DNA of 64,000 nucleotides from Naegleria gruberi (Eukaryota): NCBI GenBank assembly GCA_000004985.1, contig GG738863.1; one strand, 5' to 3'. Shown piece by piece: positions 55,492 to 64,000 of this stretch (position 1 is its first letter; each line of letters starts with the position of its first letter). The notes under the pieces were generated by a model. It saw only the letters and a program-made list of their open reading frames with translations, ran no database searches and was not told where the DNA came from. The position numbers and the translations under genes were made by a program.

Positions 55492-56647
55492 TTAGAGGAA
55501 AGTCATATCGAAATTGGTGGCATCATCTTCAGCATTTGCATCGTCGTTCATGTTAGTGAAATCGTCCATGGCAATACTTGTTGAGATTGACATTGTGTCA
55601 CCAACCAAAGACATGTTTGTGGACTTGTCGTGAATGTGAGATTTCTGTGACTTTGCCAGGATGGTATTTTCGTGACGTCCTCTCTTCCATGCAGCATTTC
55701 TAGAGAACTTTTTGACACCCTTCACTCGTTTAGAATCACGAGAGAATGAATCATTTGCATCCTCATCAGAATCATCTTCATCTCCACTATTTTCATTTGT
55801 TTCTATTTGATTAGGCAATGTTACTGCCTCATCTTCATTCTTTCTCTTTTTAATTGAGGAATCATCACTTGTTGTTTCAGGAGGAGCAGATTTTCCAACA
55901 TTGGAATATGCTTGATAGGCCAAATCTAAACATTGAGCAAAAACTTTCATCTTTTCAGCCTCATGAATGAAAATTTTGATAGTATTACAATAGGAGAAGG
56001 ATCTAAAGTGACACCAGTTGAAAACTGCATTAACAATAGCTTCTGCACTTCTTTCAGTTGGGAATCCGAAAAGGTCTGTACACATAGCATCAAAACCAAT
56101 ACTATTAAATTGTTTCTTATTAGATTCCTCAAGACATGTCTATTATTATTACTATTATAAATTACTGATACTACTATTAAACACGTACATTTACAATTTC
56201 TTCCATGATTTGACGTTCATTCTTTTTTCCACCTTTCCACATTGGTCCAGCTATTATTTGTTGATCGGAATCAATGATGAAAGTATGTTATCATCAATCG
56301 ATGAAAATTAATCAATGATGATGATTTTGCACAATTTACATACCAGCAAATATTACATGTTTAACCTTCAAATTTCCACCATCAACAAGAGCAATTTTAT
56401 CAGCAGAATCCAAAGGACCATTCGATGAAATAAACGACTTGACTTGTTTTTCAATTTCTTCTCCTCCCAAAGCTAAAACTTCAGTTCCCGACAATTCAAC
56501 ACTACTAGACACTTCAGAAAAAACAATAACATCAATATTTTCAGCCTCCACTAAATTTCCATTGATCAATTCAATGGTTTGACCCGTTCCACTCAATGAG
56601 ACAGAAGCAACAATGGAAGGATCAGACGAAGATGAAGAGTTGGACAT
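55492..56647 (-). CDS. Macro-domain (ADP-ribose-binding) protein; 4 exons
   Basis: Exon 1 (56647..about 56340) reads MSNSSSSSDP...VIVFSEV...LALGGEEIEKQVKSF...IALVDGGNLKVKHVIFAG. Exon 2 reads PMWKGGKKNERQIMEEIVN. Exon 3 joined to ORF 55492..56085 reads TCLEESNKKQFNSIGFDAMCTDLFGFPTERSAEAIVNAVFNWC. That matches the macro consensus ...AkyVIHaVGPvw.gG...e...L...y..sL.la.e..l.SIAFPaIsTGvyGfP.e.AA... The C-terminal tail is acidic. Confidence 0.65.
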
Positions 56648-57095
56648 TTTTTCTATTTTGCTACAAATTTAGGTTTTTGGTAACGTTCATGATCTCCTGA
56701 TGATGGTAATTGAAGCGATCAATGAAGCATTGATAGATATTTTTCAACTATTTTCTGGATGTCAGAAGTTATTGTGTGTTCACGATCAATATTTGTAGAT
56801 TAAATTATAAAAAACAATACTTTATTGTGCCTTTAATTGATGATCATAGTAGAGGCTTTTTTTTCAATTCGCAACGGCAAAATTCTTGTTGGCGCCACAT
56901 CACAATTACTGTTTACAAAAAATTGCATCGTCATCAACTACGTAGCAAGTCGCATTGGATTGGTTTGATGATGAAAGGTCTCAGGCATGGTGTTTTAAAC
57001 TTCATCATGATGACCAGAAATAACTTCTCTAAAAAGAAAGGACCTACAACAATAACTCTGAGATCCTACTCTGTAAATATTTGATTATCACAAAC

Positions 57096-58141
57096 ATGAT
57101 AAAGTCAATCTCTCAACCAATAATAACCGATACGAGAAGAAATAAACTCCTATCAGATTTGAATATGATAGAAAGGGATGATATAACGAAAAAGGCTTCT
57201 CCGTCAACACTGGAGAAGGAAGAACAAAAAAAGAATGAAAGTAATCAAGTAATTGTTGAAGAAGATGAAGACGATGATGATTGGATTCAATTGAGTTTTG
57301 ATGGAGCAACCTTTACTACAACAAGATCAACATTAACAATGGATAAAGATTCAATGCTATCTGTCATGTTCCAAAAGAACTCTCCATTCAAAAAGATGAC
57401 TAGAGATTTTAATCACCCAATGAAACCATACTTTGTAATGATGGACAGAAATCCACAATACTTTGAACCAATTTTAAATTATTTGAGATCTGGTGAGCTA
57501 GTAATTAATAATGGTGTAAATATTAGAGGAGTTCATTTGGAATCTAAATTTTGGGGACTTGCTGCCCTCACAGAAGAAATTGAAAAACTATTGGAACTGG
57601 AACGATTGAGTGAAATAAGGAAAAATTTACATGATAATCTCGAATGTGAATTGACAAGACAAGATATAATCAAAGCATTAATGAACTGTCCTTCTGGGAA
57701 GGGTGGATTGATAAACTCCAAGGATTAAATCTTCCAGGTATAGATTTGAGTGGACTAGACCTGTCAAGTGTAAACTTTTCCAAAACAAATCTCAAGAATG
57801 CCAACCTTTCGCGATGCACTCTCGATTTCTCAGAGATGAGAGAAACCATCATTGAGGGTTGTAACTTTTCCAATGCCCACATGTTCAAAATAATTATCAA
57901 GAATGCCAATTGTAAAAATGTAAATTTCAGTGGAGCCTCACTTCGAGGAGCTAGTATTACACATTGTGATATGAATGGAGCCAATTTCAACTCATCCGAT
58001 TTAGAACTTGCAGATCTATCCAACTCCAACCTTAGAAATGCTGATCTCTCAGGCGCATCAATGAAAGGAGTTCAATTGAAAAACTGTGTCACCACAAACG
58101 TTACACATACAAGTGCTATGGGAGGTGTCATTACAAAATAA
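57096..58141 (+). CDS. KCTD9-like protein (T1-type BTB/POZ domain plus pentapeptide repeats); frame break at about 57700
   Basis: BTB/T1: WIQLSFDGATFTTTRSTL...YFVMMDRNPQYFEPILNYLRSGELVIN. The +1 frame then continues GWIDKLQGLNLPGIDLSGLDLSSVNFSKTNLKNANLSRCTLDFS...ADLSNSNLRNADLSGASMKGVQL, which is the A(D/N)LSxx pentapeptide repeat. The real ATG is at 57096; 57081 is a TTG. Confidence 0.7.
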
Positions 58142-58246
58142 AAATTATCAACAATTCCACTAACTAATATTCTTTTAAATTGTTATCTTGCATTATTGAT
58201 GATTACAATCAAATTCTAAAAAAACATTCTAAAAAAAACAAAAAAA

Positions 58247-59257
58247 ATGCCTTTACAACTATCAGATGATGACGAAGAACCAACAAGACTTGTAACCTCG
58301 AACACTGAACAGCAACGGCCTGGAGCATCAACATCAGTATTGGATAATGAACAGGAATTACTCGAGTTGGGTGATGTATATGTACCAGTCTTGCCGACAT
58401 CATCCAGTGAAATTGATTCGAGAAATGTCTATTTATCGGAGAAGGGAGGTTTATTTGATTCGGACAGTGATGACGAGTTGGATCTTTTGAGCCATCATCA
58501 TTATAATAATACTAGCAATGGAAAAAATTCAGTGTTCGGGATTGAAAATAGTAGAATAACTGTTGGCATTGTTGTATTGGGACTTATTTTCCTAATTGGA
58601 TTTTCTCTATTACTCTCTTATAGAATGATAGAAAAACCAATTGAAAGACAGTCACCGAAATATATTGAATTAAGTTTATTGTGGAGCCCTACTGTTTGTA
58701 AAGATTCGAAGGATGAAATTTGTAAAACAATTTCTGAACGAGTCAAAACTGACAAGATTAATTTCATCATCTCATCATTTCAACCAACAACGGTGGCATC
58801 AAGTTGTGAAGACCCAAATCAATCTTCATATTTAGGAGAAAAACTTCCTGAAGCCAATTCGAAAGAGTATAAAAAATTAATCGAAGCATATGCTCCACGT
58901 TGGCCACCATCTCTATCCACCTCTGGTTGGTCAGCATATGACAAGTATGGAAGATGTCTCTATGTAAATGATATTGCAGTGGAAACACCATCAGAATATT
59001 TTGATCAGGCCATTAAATTGTGGACCTATTGGACTAATACTTATTATGTACATTTGGCAAATCAAACAGAGATACCTTACACTGCAGTTTCTTTCAATTC
59101 ATTTGCTGTTCCTAAATGTAAATCAGTTGAAGATAAGCAGTATTTGCTTGGTATGGACTTTTGCATTTTGGGAGACAATCTTCAACCAGCCACTGAAAGC
59201 ACATTTTGTGAATTCAAAACAAATTGTGACACAAAGAAAAATTTGTTAATAGCTTAA
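58247..59257 (+). CDS. Hypothetical type-II membrane protein with a Cys-containing extracellular domain
   Basis: Acidic N-terminus, then a single TM (ITVGIVVLGLIFLIGFSLLLSY), then a about 220-aa domain with 8 Cys. Confidence 0.4.
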   Translation: MPLQLSDDDEEPTRLVTSNTEQQRPGASTSVLDNEQELLELGDVYVPVLPTSSSEIDSRNVYLSEKGGLFDSDSDDELDLLSHHHYNNTSNGKNSVFGIENSRITVGIVVLGLIFLIGFSLLLSYRMIEKPIERQSPKYIELSLLWSPTVCKDSKDEICKTISERVKTDKINFIISSFQPTTVASSCEDPNQSSYLGEKLPEANSKEYKKLIEAYAPRWPPSLSTSGWSAYDKYGRCLYVNDIAVETPSEYFDQAIKLWTYWTNTYYVHLANQTEIPYTAVSFNSFAVPKCKSVEDKQYLLGMDFCILGDNLQPATESTFCEFKTNCDTKKNLLIA

Positions 59258-59294
59258 TTATAAATTATTTTTACAAAATTTTATTCAAAATTCC

Positions 59295-62200
59295 TTAATG
59301 TTTGTATTGTTCGATTGGAAGACAAGCACAAATGTTCTTGTCACCATATGAGTCATTAAGACGACTGACAGTTGGGAAGTACTTTCTTTCTCTAGTAGCT
59401 TCAGTTGGGAAAGCAGCAACTTCTCTGCTGTATGGACGATCCCATGAATCAGATGTAACAACATCAGCAGTGTGAGGAGCATTCTTAAGAACATTGTTAA
59501 CCTTATCAGATTTACCTTCTTCAATATCTCTAATTTCCTTTCTGATGGAAATCATAGCTTCAATGAATCTATCCAATTCAGCAATATCTTCACTTTCAGT
59601 TGGTTCAACCATCAAAGTATTACCAATTGGGAAAGACATGGTTGGAGCGTGGAAACCATAGTCCATCAATCTCTTAGCAATATCAATAGCTTCAATACCA
59701 GTAGTCTTCTTGAATGGATTACAATCAATGATAAATTCGTGAGCAACCAAACCATTACCAGCAGTGTAATAGATTCTGTAATGTTCAGACAATTTCTTAG
59801 CCAAATAGTTAGCATTCAACATGGCAACACTAGTAGCAGTTCTCAAACCTTCAGATCCCATCATTCTAATGTACATCCAGACAATTGGCAAGACACTAGC
59901 ACTACCAAATGGAGAAGCAGAAACAGCACCAACAGAGTTTGGAAGTTCATATTGAGTACCATCGAAAGCTGGGTGAGAAGGAAGGAATGGTGACAAGTGA
60001 GCACGAACACAGATTGGACCAATACCTGGACCACCACCACCGTGTGGAATAGCAAAGGTCTTGTGTAAGTTAAGGTGACAAACGTCAGCACCAATCTTAC
60101 CAGGAGAAGTGAGAGCAACTTGAGCATTCATGTTAGCACCATCCAAGTAAACTTGAGCACCAGCTTCGTGAATCAAGTTACAGATTTCTTGAACTCTTTC
60201 TTCATAGACACCATGAGTGGATGGATAAGTAATCATGAGGGAAGCAACCTTATCCTTATGTTGAGAAATCTTGAGCTTCAAATCTTCAACATCAACGTTA
60301 CCAAGCTTATCACATTCAACAACGACAACCTTCAAACCACACATAACAGCTGAAGCTGGGTTAGTACCGTGAGCAGATGATGGAATCAAACAGATATCTC
60401 TGTGACCTTGACCAATGCTTTCCAAATACTTCTTAATAACCAACAAACCAGCATATTCACCTTGTGAACCAGCATTTGGTTGCAATGAACAGTTATCAAA
60501 ACCAGTAATCTTAGACAACCATTGCTTCAAATCTTCAATCATTCTCAAATATCCTTGAGCTTGGTTGAGTGGAGCAAGAGGGTGAATTGATCCAAATTCT
60601 GGCCAAGTGACTGGAGTCATAACAGCAACAGAATTCAACTTCATGGTGCAAGAACCCAATGGGATCATACCGTGACAGAGAGAGTAATCCTTAGCTTCCA
60701 ATTTCTTAATATATCTGAGCATAGCATGTTCAGTGTGATACTTGTTGAAAGTGGAGTGAGTCAAATATGGTGTAGTACGAGCAAATGATGATGAGCTAAT
60801 CAAATTTTCTGGAGCAACATCATTGGCAGTGACAGTCTTTGAACCATTGAAAGAAGCAAAGATAGCCAAAATTTCATTCAAGTGGTTAATATTAATGCTT
60901 TCATCAGTTGAGAGAGAAATGGTTTGAGCATCAACCTTTCTAAAGTTATATCCCTTTTCAGCGGCAAAACTCAAGAACTTTTCAGTATTTGAAACAGAGA
61001 CGGTGAAAGTATCAAAGAAAAGTCCAGATGAAACAGTATAACCCATAGACTTGATACCCTTATTCAAAATGACAGCCATTTCGTGAACTCTGTTAGCAAT
61101 ATTCTTCAAACCAGTTGGACCATGATAAACAGCATACATAGAGGCCATATTAGCCAAGAGAGCTTGAGCAGTACAAATGTTACTGGTGGCCTTATCACGT
61201 CTAATGTGTTGTTCTCTAGTTTGGAGAGCCATACGAAGAGCAGTCTTACCTTGAGCATCCTTAGAGATACCAATAATTCTACCTGGAATAATTCTCTTAT
61301 AATCATCCTTAACAGACAAGAAACCAGCACTTGGACCACCATAACCGAGTGGAACACCAAATCTTTGAGCACTACCAATGCACAAATCAGCACCGAATTC
61401 ACCAGGTGACTTTAAAACAGTGAGAGCCAATAAATCAGTAGCAAAAACAGTTAAAGCACCAGTATCATGAACCTTTTTAACAACACTTTCATAATCAACA
61501 ACAGCACCAGTAGTATTTGGATATTGAATCAAAGCACCACAGACACGATTAACAGCAAAATCAAAAGTGAGAGCATCACCAACAACAACACTGATATTCA
61601 ATGGAGCAGCACGAGCACGAATAACAGCCAAAGTTTGTGGATGCACATCGGAAGCAACAAAGAATGCATTAACTTCCTTCTTATGAGCATTATAACAAAC
61701 AGCCATAGCTTCAGCAGCTGCAGTAGCTTCATCCAAAAGTGAAGCATTAGCGATTGGAAGACCAGTCAAATCAGAAATCATTGTTTGATAATTCAAGAGT
61801 GATTCAAGTCTACCTTGAGAGATTTCAGCTTGATATGGAGTATATGGAGTGTACCAGCCTGGATTTTGGAAAATGTTACGAAGAATAACATTAGGAATCT
61901 TGTTATCATAATAACCTTGACCAATCAATGATTTTTTGACTTGGTTGAGTTTAGCATGATTATATAATTCAGCCAAGATATCAGACTCTCCATTCAAAAC
62001 AGTCTTCTTTCCATCTTGATCAAAAGATAAAACCATACGTTCTCCTTCTCCATATAAAATTGACTTTGGAATAATAGTCTTGACCATTTCTTCAAGTGAT
62101 TTAAAACCTAATTCCTTCAACATGAGATGAACATTTTCATTCTCTGGTTGATAATTGTGTCTATTAGTATAAGTATCGAGTGAAGCCAAATGCGATGAAC

Positions 62201-62336
62201 AAGCACTAACACAAGTACTGAACAACTTAGATGATGAAAGAGAAATATTCTTCTTTAAAACGGAAGCAACACGCTTGTTAGATTGAATCAATTTAGTACT
62301 TCTTCCAATCATGATGATGATGTTATTATTCTTCAA
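59295..62336 (-). CDS. gcvP: Glycine dehydrogenase (decarboxylating), glycine-cleavage-system P protein, mitochondrial
   Basis: Collinear across its about 1000 aa with GcvP/GLDC, including the PLP-lysine region CHLNLHKTFAIPHGGGGPG, the N-terminal YIGMGYYDT-like region, and TPYQAEISQGRLESLLN. The basic N-terminal presequence is MIGRSTKLIQSNKRV. Confidence 0.95.
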   Translation of the reverse strand: MKNNNIIIMIGRSTKLIQSNKRVASVLKKNISLSSSKLFSTCVSACSSHLASLDTYTNRHNYQPENENVHLMLKELGFKSLEEMVKTIIPKSILYGEGERMVLSFDQDGKKTVLNGESDILAELYNHAKLNQVKKSLIGQGYYDNKIPNVILRNIFQNPGWYTPYTPYQAEISQGRLESLLNYQTMISDLTGLPIANASLLDEATAAAEAMAVCYNAHKKEVNAFFVASDVHPQTLAVIRARAAPLNISVVVGDALTFDFAVNRVCGALIQYPNTTGAVVDYESVVKKVHDTGALTVFATDLLALTVLKSPGEFGADLCIGSAQRFGVPLGYGGPSAGFLSVKDDYKRIIPGRIIGISKDAQGKTALRMALQTREQHIRRDKATSNICTAQALLANMASMYAVYHGPTGLKNIANRVHEMAVILNKGIKSMGYTVSSGLFFDTFTVSVSNTEKFLSFAAEKGYNFRKVDAQTISLSTDESININHLNEILAIFASFNGSKTVTANDVAPENLISSSSFARTTPYLTHSTFNKYHTEHAMLRYIKKLEAKDYSLCHGMIPLGSCTMKLNSVAVMTPVTWPEFGSIHPLAPLNQAQGYLRMIEDLKQWLSKITGFDNCSLQPNAGSQGEYAGLLVIKKYLESIGQGHRDICLIPSSAHGTNPASAVMCGLKVVVVECDKLGNVDVEDLKLKISQHKDKVASLMITYPSTHGVYEERVQEICNLIHEAGAQVYLDGANMNAQVALTSPGKIGADVCHLNLHKTFAIPHGGGGPGIGPICVRAHLSPFLPSHPAFDGTQYELPNSVGAVSASPFGSASVLPIVWMYIRMMGSEGLRTATSVAMLNANYLAKKLSEHYRIYYTAGNGLVAHEFIIDCNPFKKTTGIEAIDIAKRLMDYGFHAPTMSFPIGNTLMVEPTESEDIAELDRFIEAMISIRKEIRDIEEGKSDKVNNVLKNAPHTADVVTSDSWDRPYSREVAAFPTEATRERKYFPTVSRLNDSYGDKNICACLPIEQYKH

Positions 62337-62783
62337 ACTCTGATGTAGATTTTGGCGCGTCGTTTAAATCAAGAGGAAGGAAAGAAGCCTTTTGAAAATT
62401 TTTTAAACGGTTGTGTGTGAAATAAGAGTGGAGGAGAACAAGTTGTTCTTGAAGGTTGCCTTTTTGCAACTCGAAGCTGTTTGTGTGGCGTCCGCTTTTG
62501 TGTTCCTACTTGGTAATTTTGGTGGAATTCATTTCATTGGAGTTTGAGCTTACAATAATGATGACGATGTCTTGCTGGGCTTGATTACAACTGTGGTAAT
62601 TGAGTATCAAGTAATGATGAGCTTTTTGAATTTTGAGTTGAAAGGATAGTTCAACTGTTAGTGATTGAAATAAAAAATGACAAAATTAGAAACTTTGAAA
62701 AGTCCAAATTTGTTGAACAACTCGTAATTTGGATATTGGTTCCCTCTTGTAAAATAAAAAAATCATTTTAAAATCATTTTGTT

Positions 62784-64000
62784 TTAATTGTCTCCACTAG
62801 TGCTTCCAAACTTGGAGGTAATAACTTGACGTAATTCCTTTCGTTTTTCAGTCACATAAGTACTCTTGAAAATACCCTTTCGTTTACAAACTAAAAGAGT
62901 AATGACAAATAAGAAGAGTGTGGAAAGAGCAATTAATCCTGATGTATAATAGAAGGCATATGGATGGTCTTCAAAGTGAGACAACAGATTCATGCCAAAT
63001 ACACCAGCCATCAATGTACCAAATGTAAGTGAAAATGCTGCAATAGCTAATTGTAATTCCATTTGCATCATTTTGTTTCTAATACTGTCCAAGCAAACTT
63101 CAAGAAATTCTTGAGTGTCGTCTAAATCTTCTCTCATATCATCAATTGAGTTGATTACATTTTCCACTCTGTTTTGATATGTTTCAAGTAACATTTCAAT
63201 TTCCTCATGTTTGTCGATATCTCTAGGTTTTCCATTGGCCACTTTTTCAGATAAATACATGGTTGCCATGTCATCGTCTTGTTGTAAAATATTTTCAATA
63301 GTCTCATGAAGTTCATTCACAAAAGTTTTGAATCGGGTGAGTTTTTGTTTGGTTTGCAAAATTTGATACAGAACTTCTTCACTTGTATAGTCAGGTGCAG
63401 CAAGAATATCGTTAACTCGTTCTTGGATTTCATTTCTCTCCTTTTCTATGGTAGCACAAACCTTGTGGAGAATACATTCAAGAATTCTAAACTCGAATGG
63501 AAGTGCATACGATTGTTCAAAGAACCCGTAAGGTGTATCGTCAAAACTGTACTTGTTCACTTCCTTAGATTTAGCATAGTAAATTAAAAATTGTTGAATA
63601 AATTTGATAAAGGTAGGGTCAAGATTGTTTGTGTAATCACTCTTCAGCAAATAAAGCTTCTCATGTGTAATGATAGCACTTATGTTGCTAATGGAGACAA
63701 TAATACATTGAGATCTTGGCAAGATTGATGGATAGTTCATGTTGCTTACTAAAATTCTAATGTCTCTACCTTGTAGCCCATAATTTGTGTATAAATCACT
63801 CCTCTTAATTTGTGACATTCTAATATTTCCCTGATCATCAAACTCCACTACATTCCATTTGTGAGAAATACTTGTAGAATTAAGAGATATTGGTGTTGTA
63901 TTAGAAAAATCCATTTCCGAATTATCGACCGTACTTGATGAATCATTAAAATTGGCAGATCTTTTTCCATTCCTTGAGTGATATCCTCTCTGTTGTTGTG
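62784..64000 (-). CDS. MRS2/CorA-family mitochondrial Mg2+ transporter (5' end beyond the window edge)
   Basis: The two C-terminal TMs are flanked by the GMN signature (AGVFGMNLLSHFE). The reading frame stays open upstream of the first in-window Met through to position 64000. Confidence 0.75.
   Translation of the reverse strand, partial: QQQRGYHSRNGKRSANFNDSSSTVDNSEMDFSNTTPISLNSTSISHKWNVVEFDDQGNIRMSQIKRSDLYTNYGLQGRDIRILVSNMNYPSILPRSQCIIVSISNISAIITHEKLYLLKSDYTNNLDPTFIKFIQQFLIYYAKSKEVNKYSFDDTPYGFFEQSYALPFEFRILECILHKVCATIEKERNEIQERVNDILAAPDYTSEEVLYQILQTKQKLTRFKTFVNELHETIENILQQDDDMATMYLSEKVANGKPRDIDKHEEIEMLLETYQNRVENVINSIDDMREDLDDTQEFLEVCLDSIRNKMMQMELQLAIAAFSLTFGTLMAGVFGMNLLSHFEDHPYAFYYTSGLIALSTLFLFVITLLVCKRKGIFKSTYVTEKRKELRQVITSKFGSTSGDN

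Noticed and set aside
1-64000. Searched for prokaryotic-style features: CRISPR arrays, IS or transposon inverted repeats, operons, rho-independent terminators, defence islands
   Set aside because: None was seen. Gene structure (introns, TATA elements, poly-A-rich UTRs, Pol III tRNAs) is eukaryotic throughout. There are no long direct or inverted repeats other than the two Gly/Tyr-rich paralogues.

Overview
This window reads as eukaryotic nuclear DNA, not prokaryotic. It is AT-rich (roughly two-thirds A+T by eye) with A/T-ending codons. Genes are dense, about 40 protein-coding genes in 64 kb on both strands. Introns are short spliceosomal introns of about 41-165 nt with GTAAGT/GTATGT donors and AG acceptors. 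There are two Pol-III-type tRNA genes. I saw no operons, CRISPR arrays or IS elements. The codon usage, intron style, low-complexity Ser/Thr/Pro/Gln stretches and protein repertoire are most consistent with a social amoeba (Dictyostelid) chromosome segment, possibly a less AT-extreme species than D. discoideum. That organism call is an inference.

Proteins I could recognise by motif:
- INCENP-like, with a C-terminal IN-box
- HECT E3 ligase
- TTC39/Iml2-like TPR protein
- ARID protein
- C2-domain protein
- GNAT acetyltransferase
- YqiA-like esterase
- alternative oxidase
- DUF4116 protein
- PRP38B-like splicing factor
- P2B-type Ca2+-ATPase, disrupted
- M8 leishmanolysin-like peptidase
- Zn2Cys6 transcription factor
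- Rab1-like GTPase with degenerate G-motifs
- mitochondrial carrier
- MOSC/mARC protein
- GFA/CENP-V domain protein
- receptor-type nucleotidyl-cyclase-like protein
- two F-box/LRR proteins
- Macro-domain protein
- KCTD9-like BTB plus pentapeptide-repeat protein
- glycine dehydrogenase (GcvP)
- MRS2/CorA Mg2+ transporter (5' end off the window)
- tRNA-Ile(AAU) and tRNA-Ala(UGC)

Most interesting observations:
- A Rab1-like gene whose P-loop, DxxGQ and NKxD motifs are all altered while the rest is conserved.
- A Ca2+-ATPase missing about 80 codons of the P-domain with a frame break.
- A leishmanolysin homologue whose predicted HExxH site reads HMMYH.
- A novel secreted Cys/Lys-rich repeat protein.
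- Two about 98%-identical Gly/Tyr-rich secreted-protein genes 43.6 kb apart, with diverged signal peptides and a shared TATA element.
- A fungal-type Zn2Cys6 DNA-binding domain split by an intron.

The ORF track sometimes translates non-ATG (GTG/TTG) starts as M. I corrected starts where I could. Exon and intron coordinates are hand-derived and may be off by a base or two.
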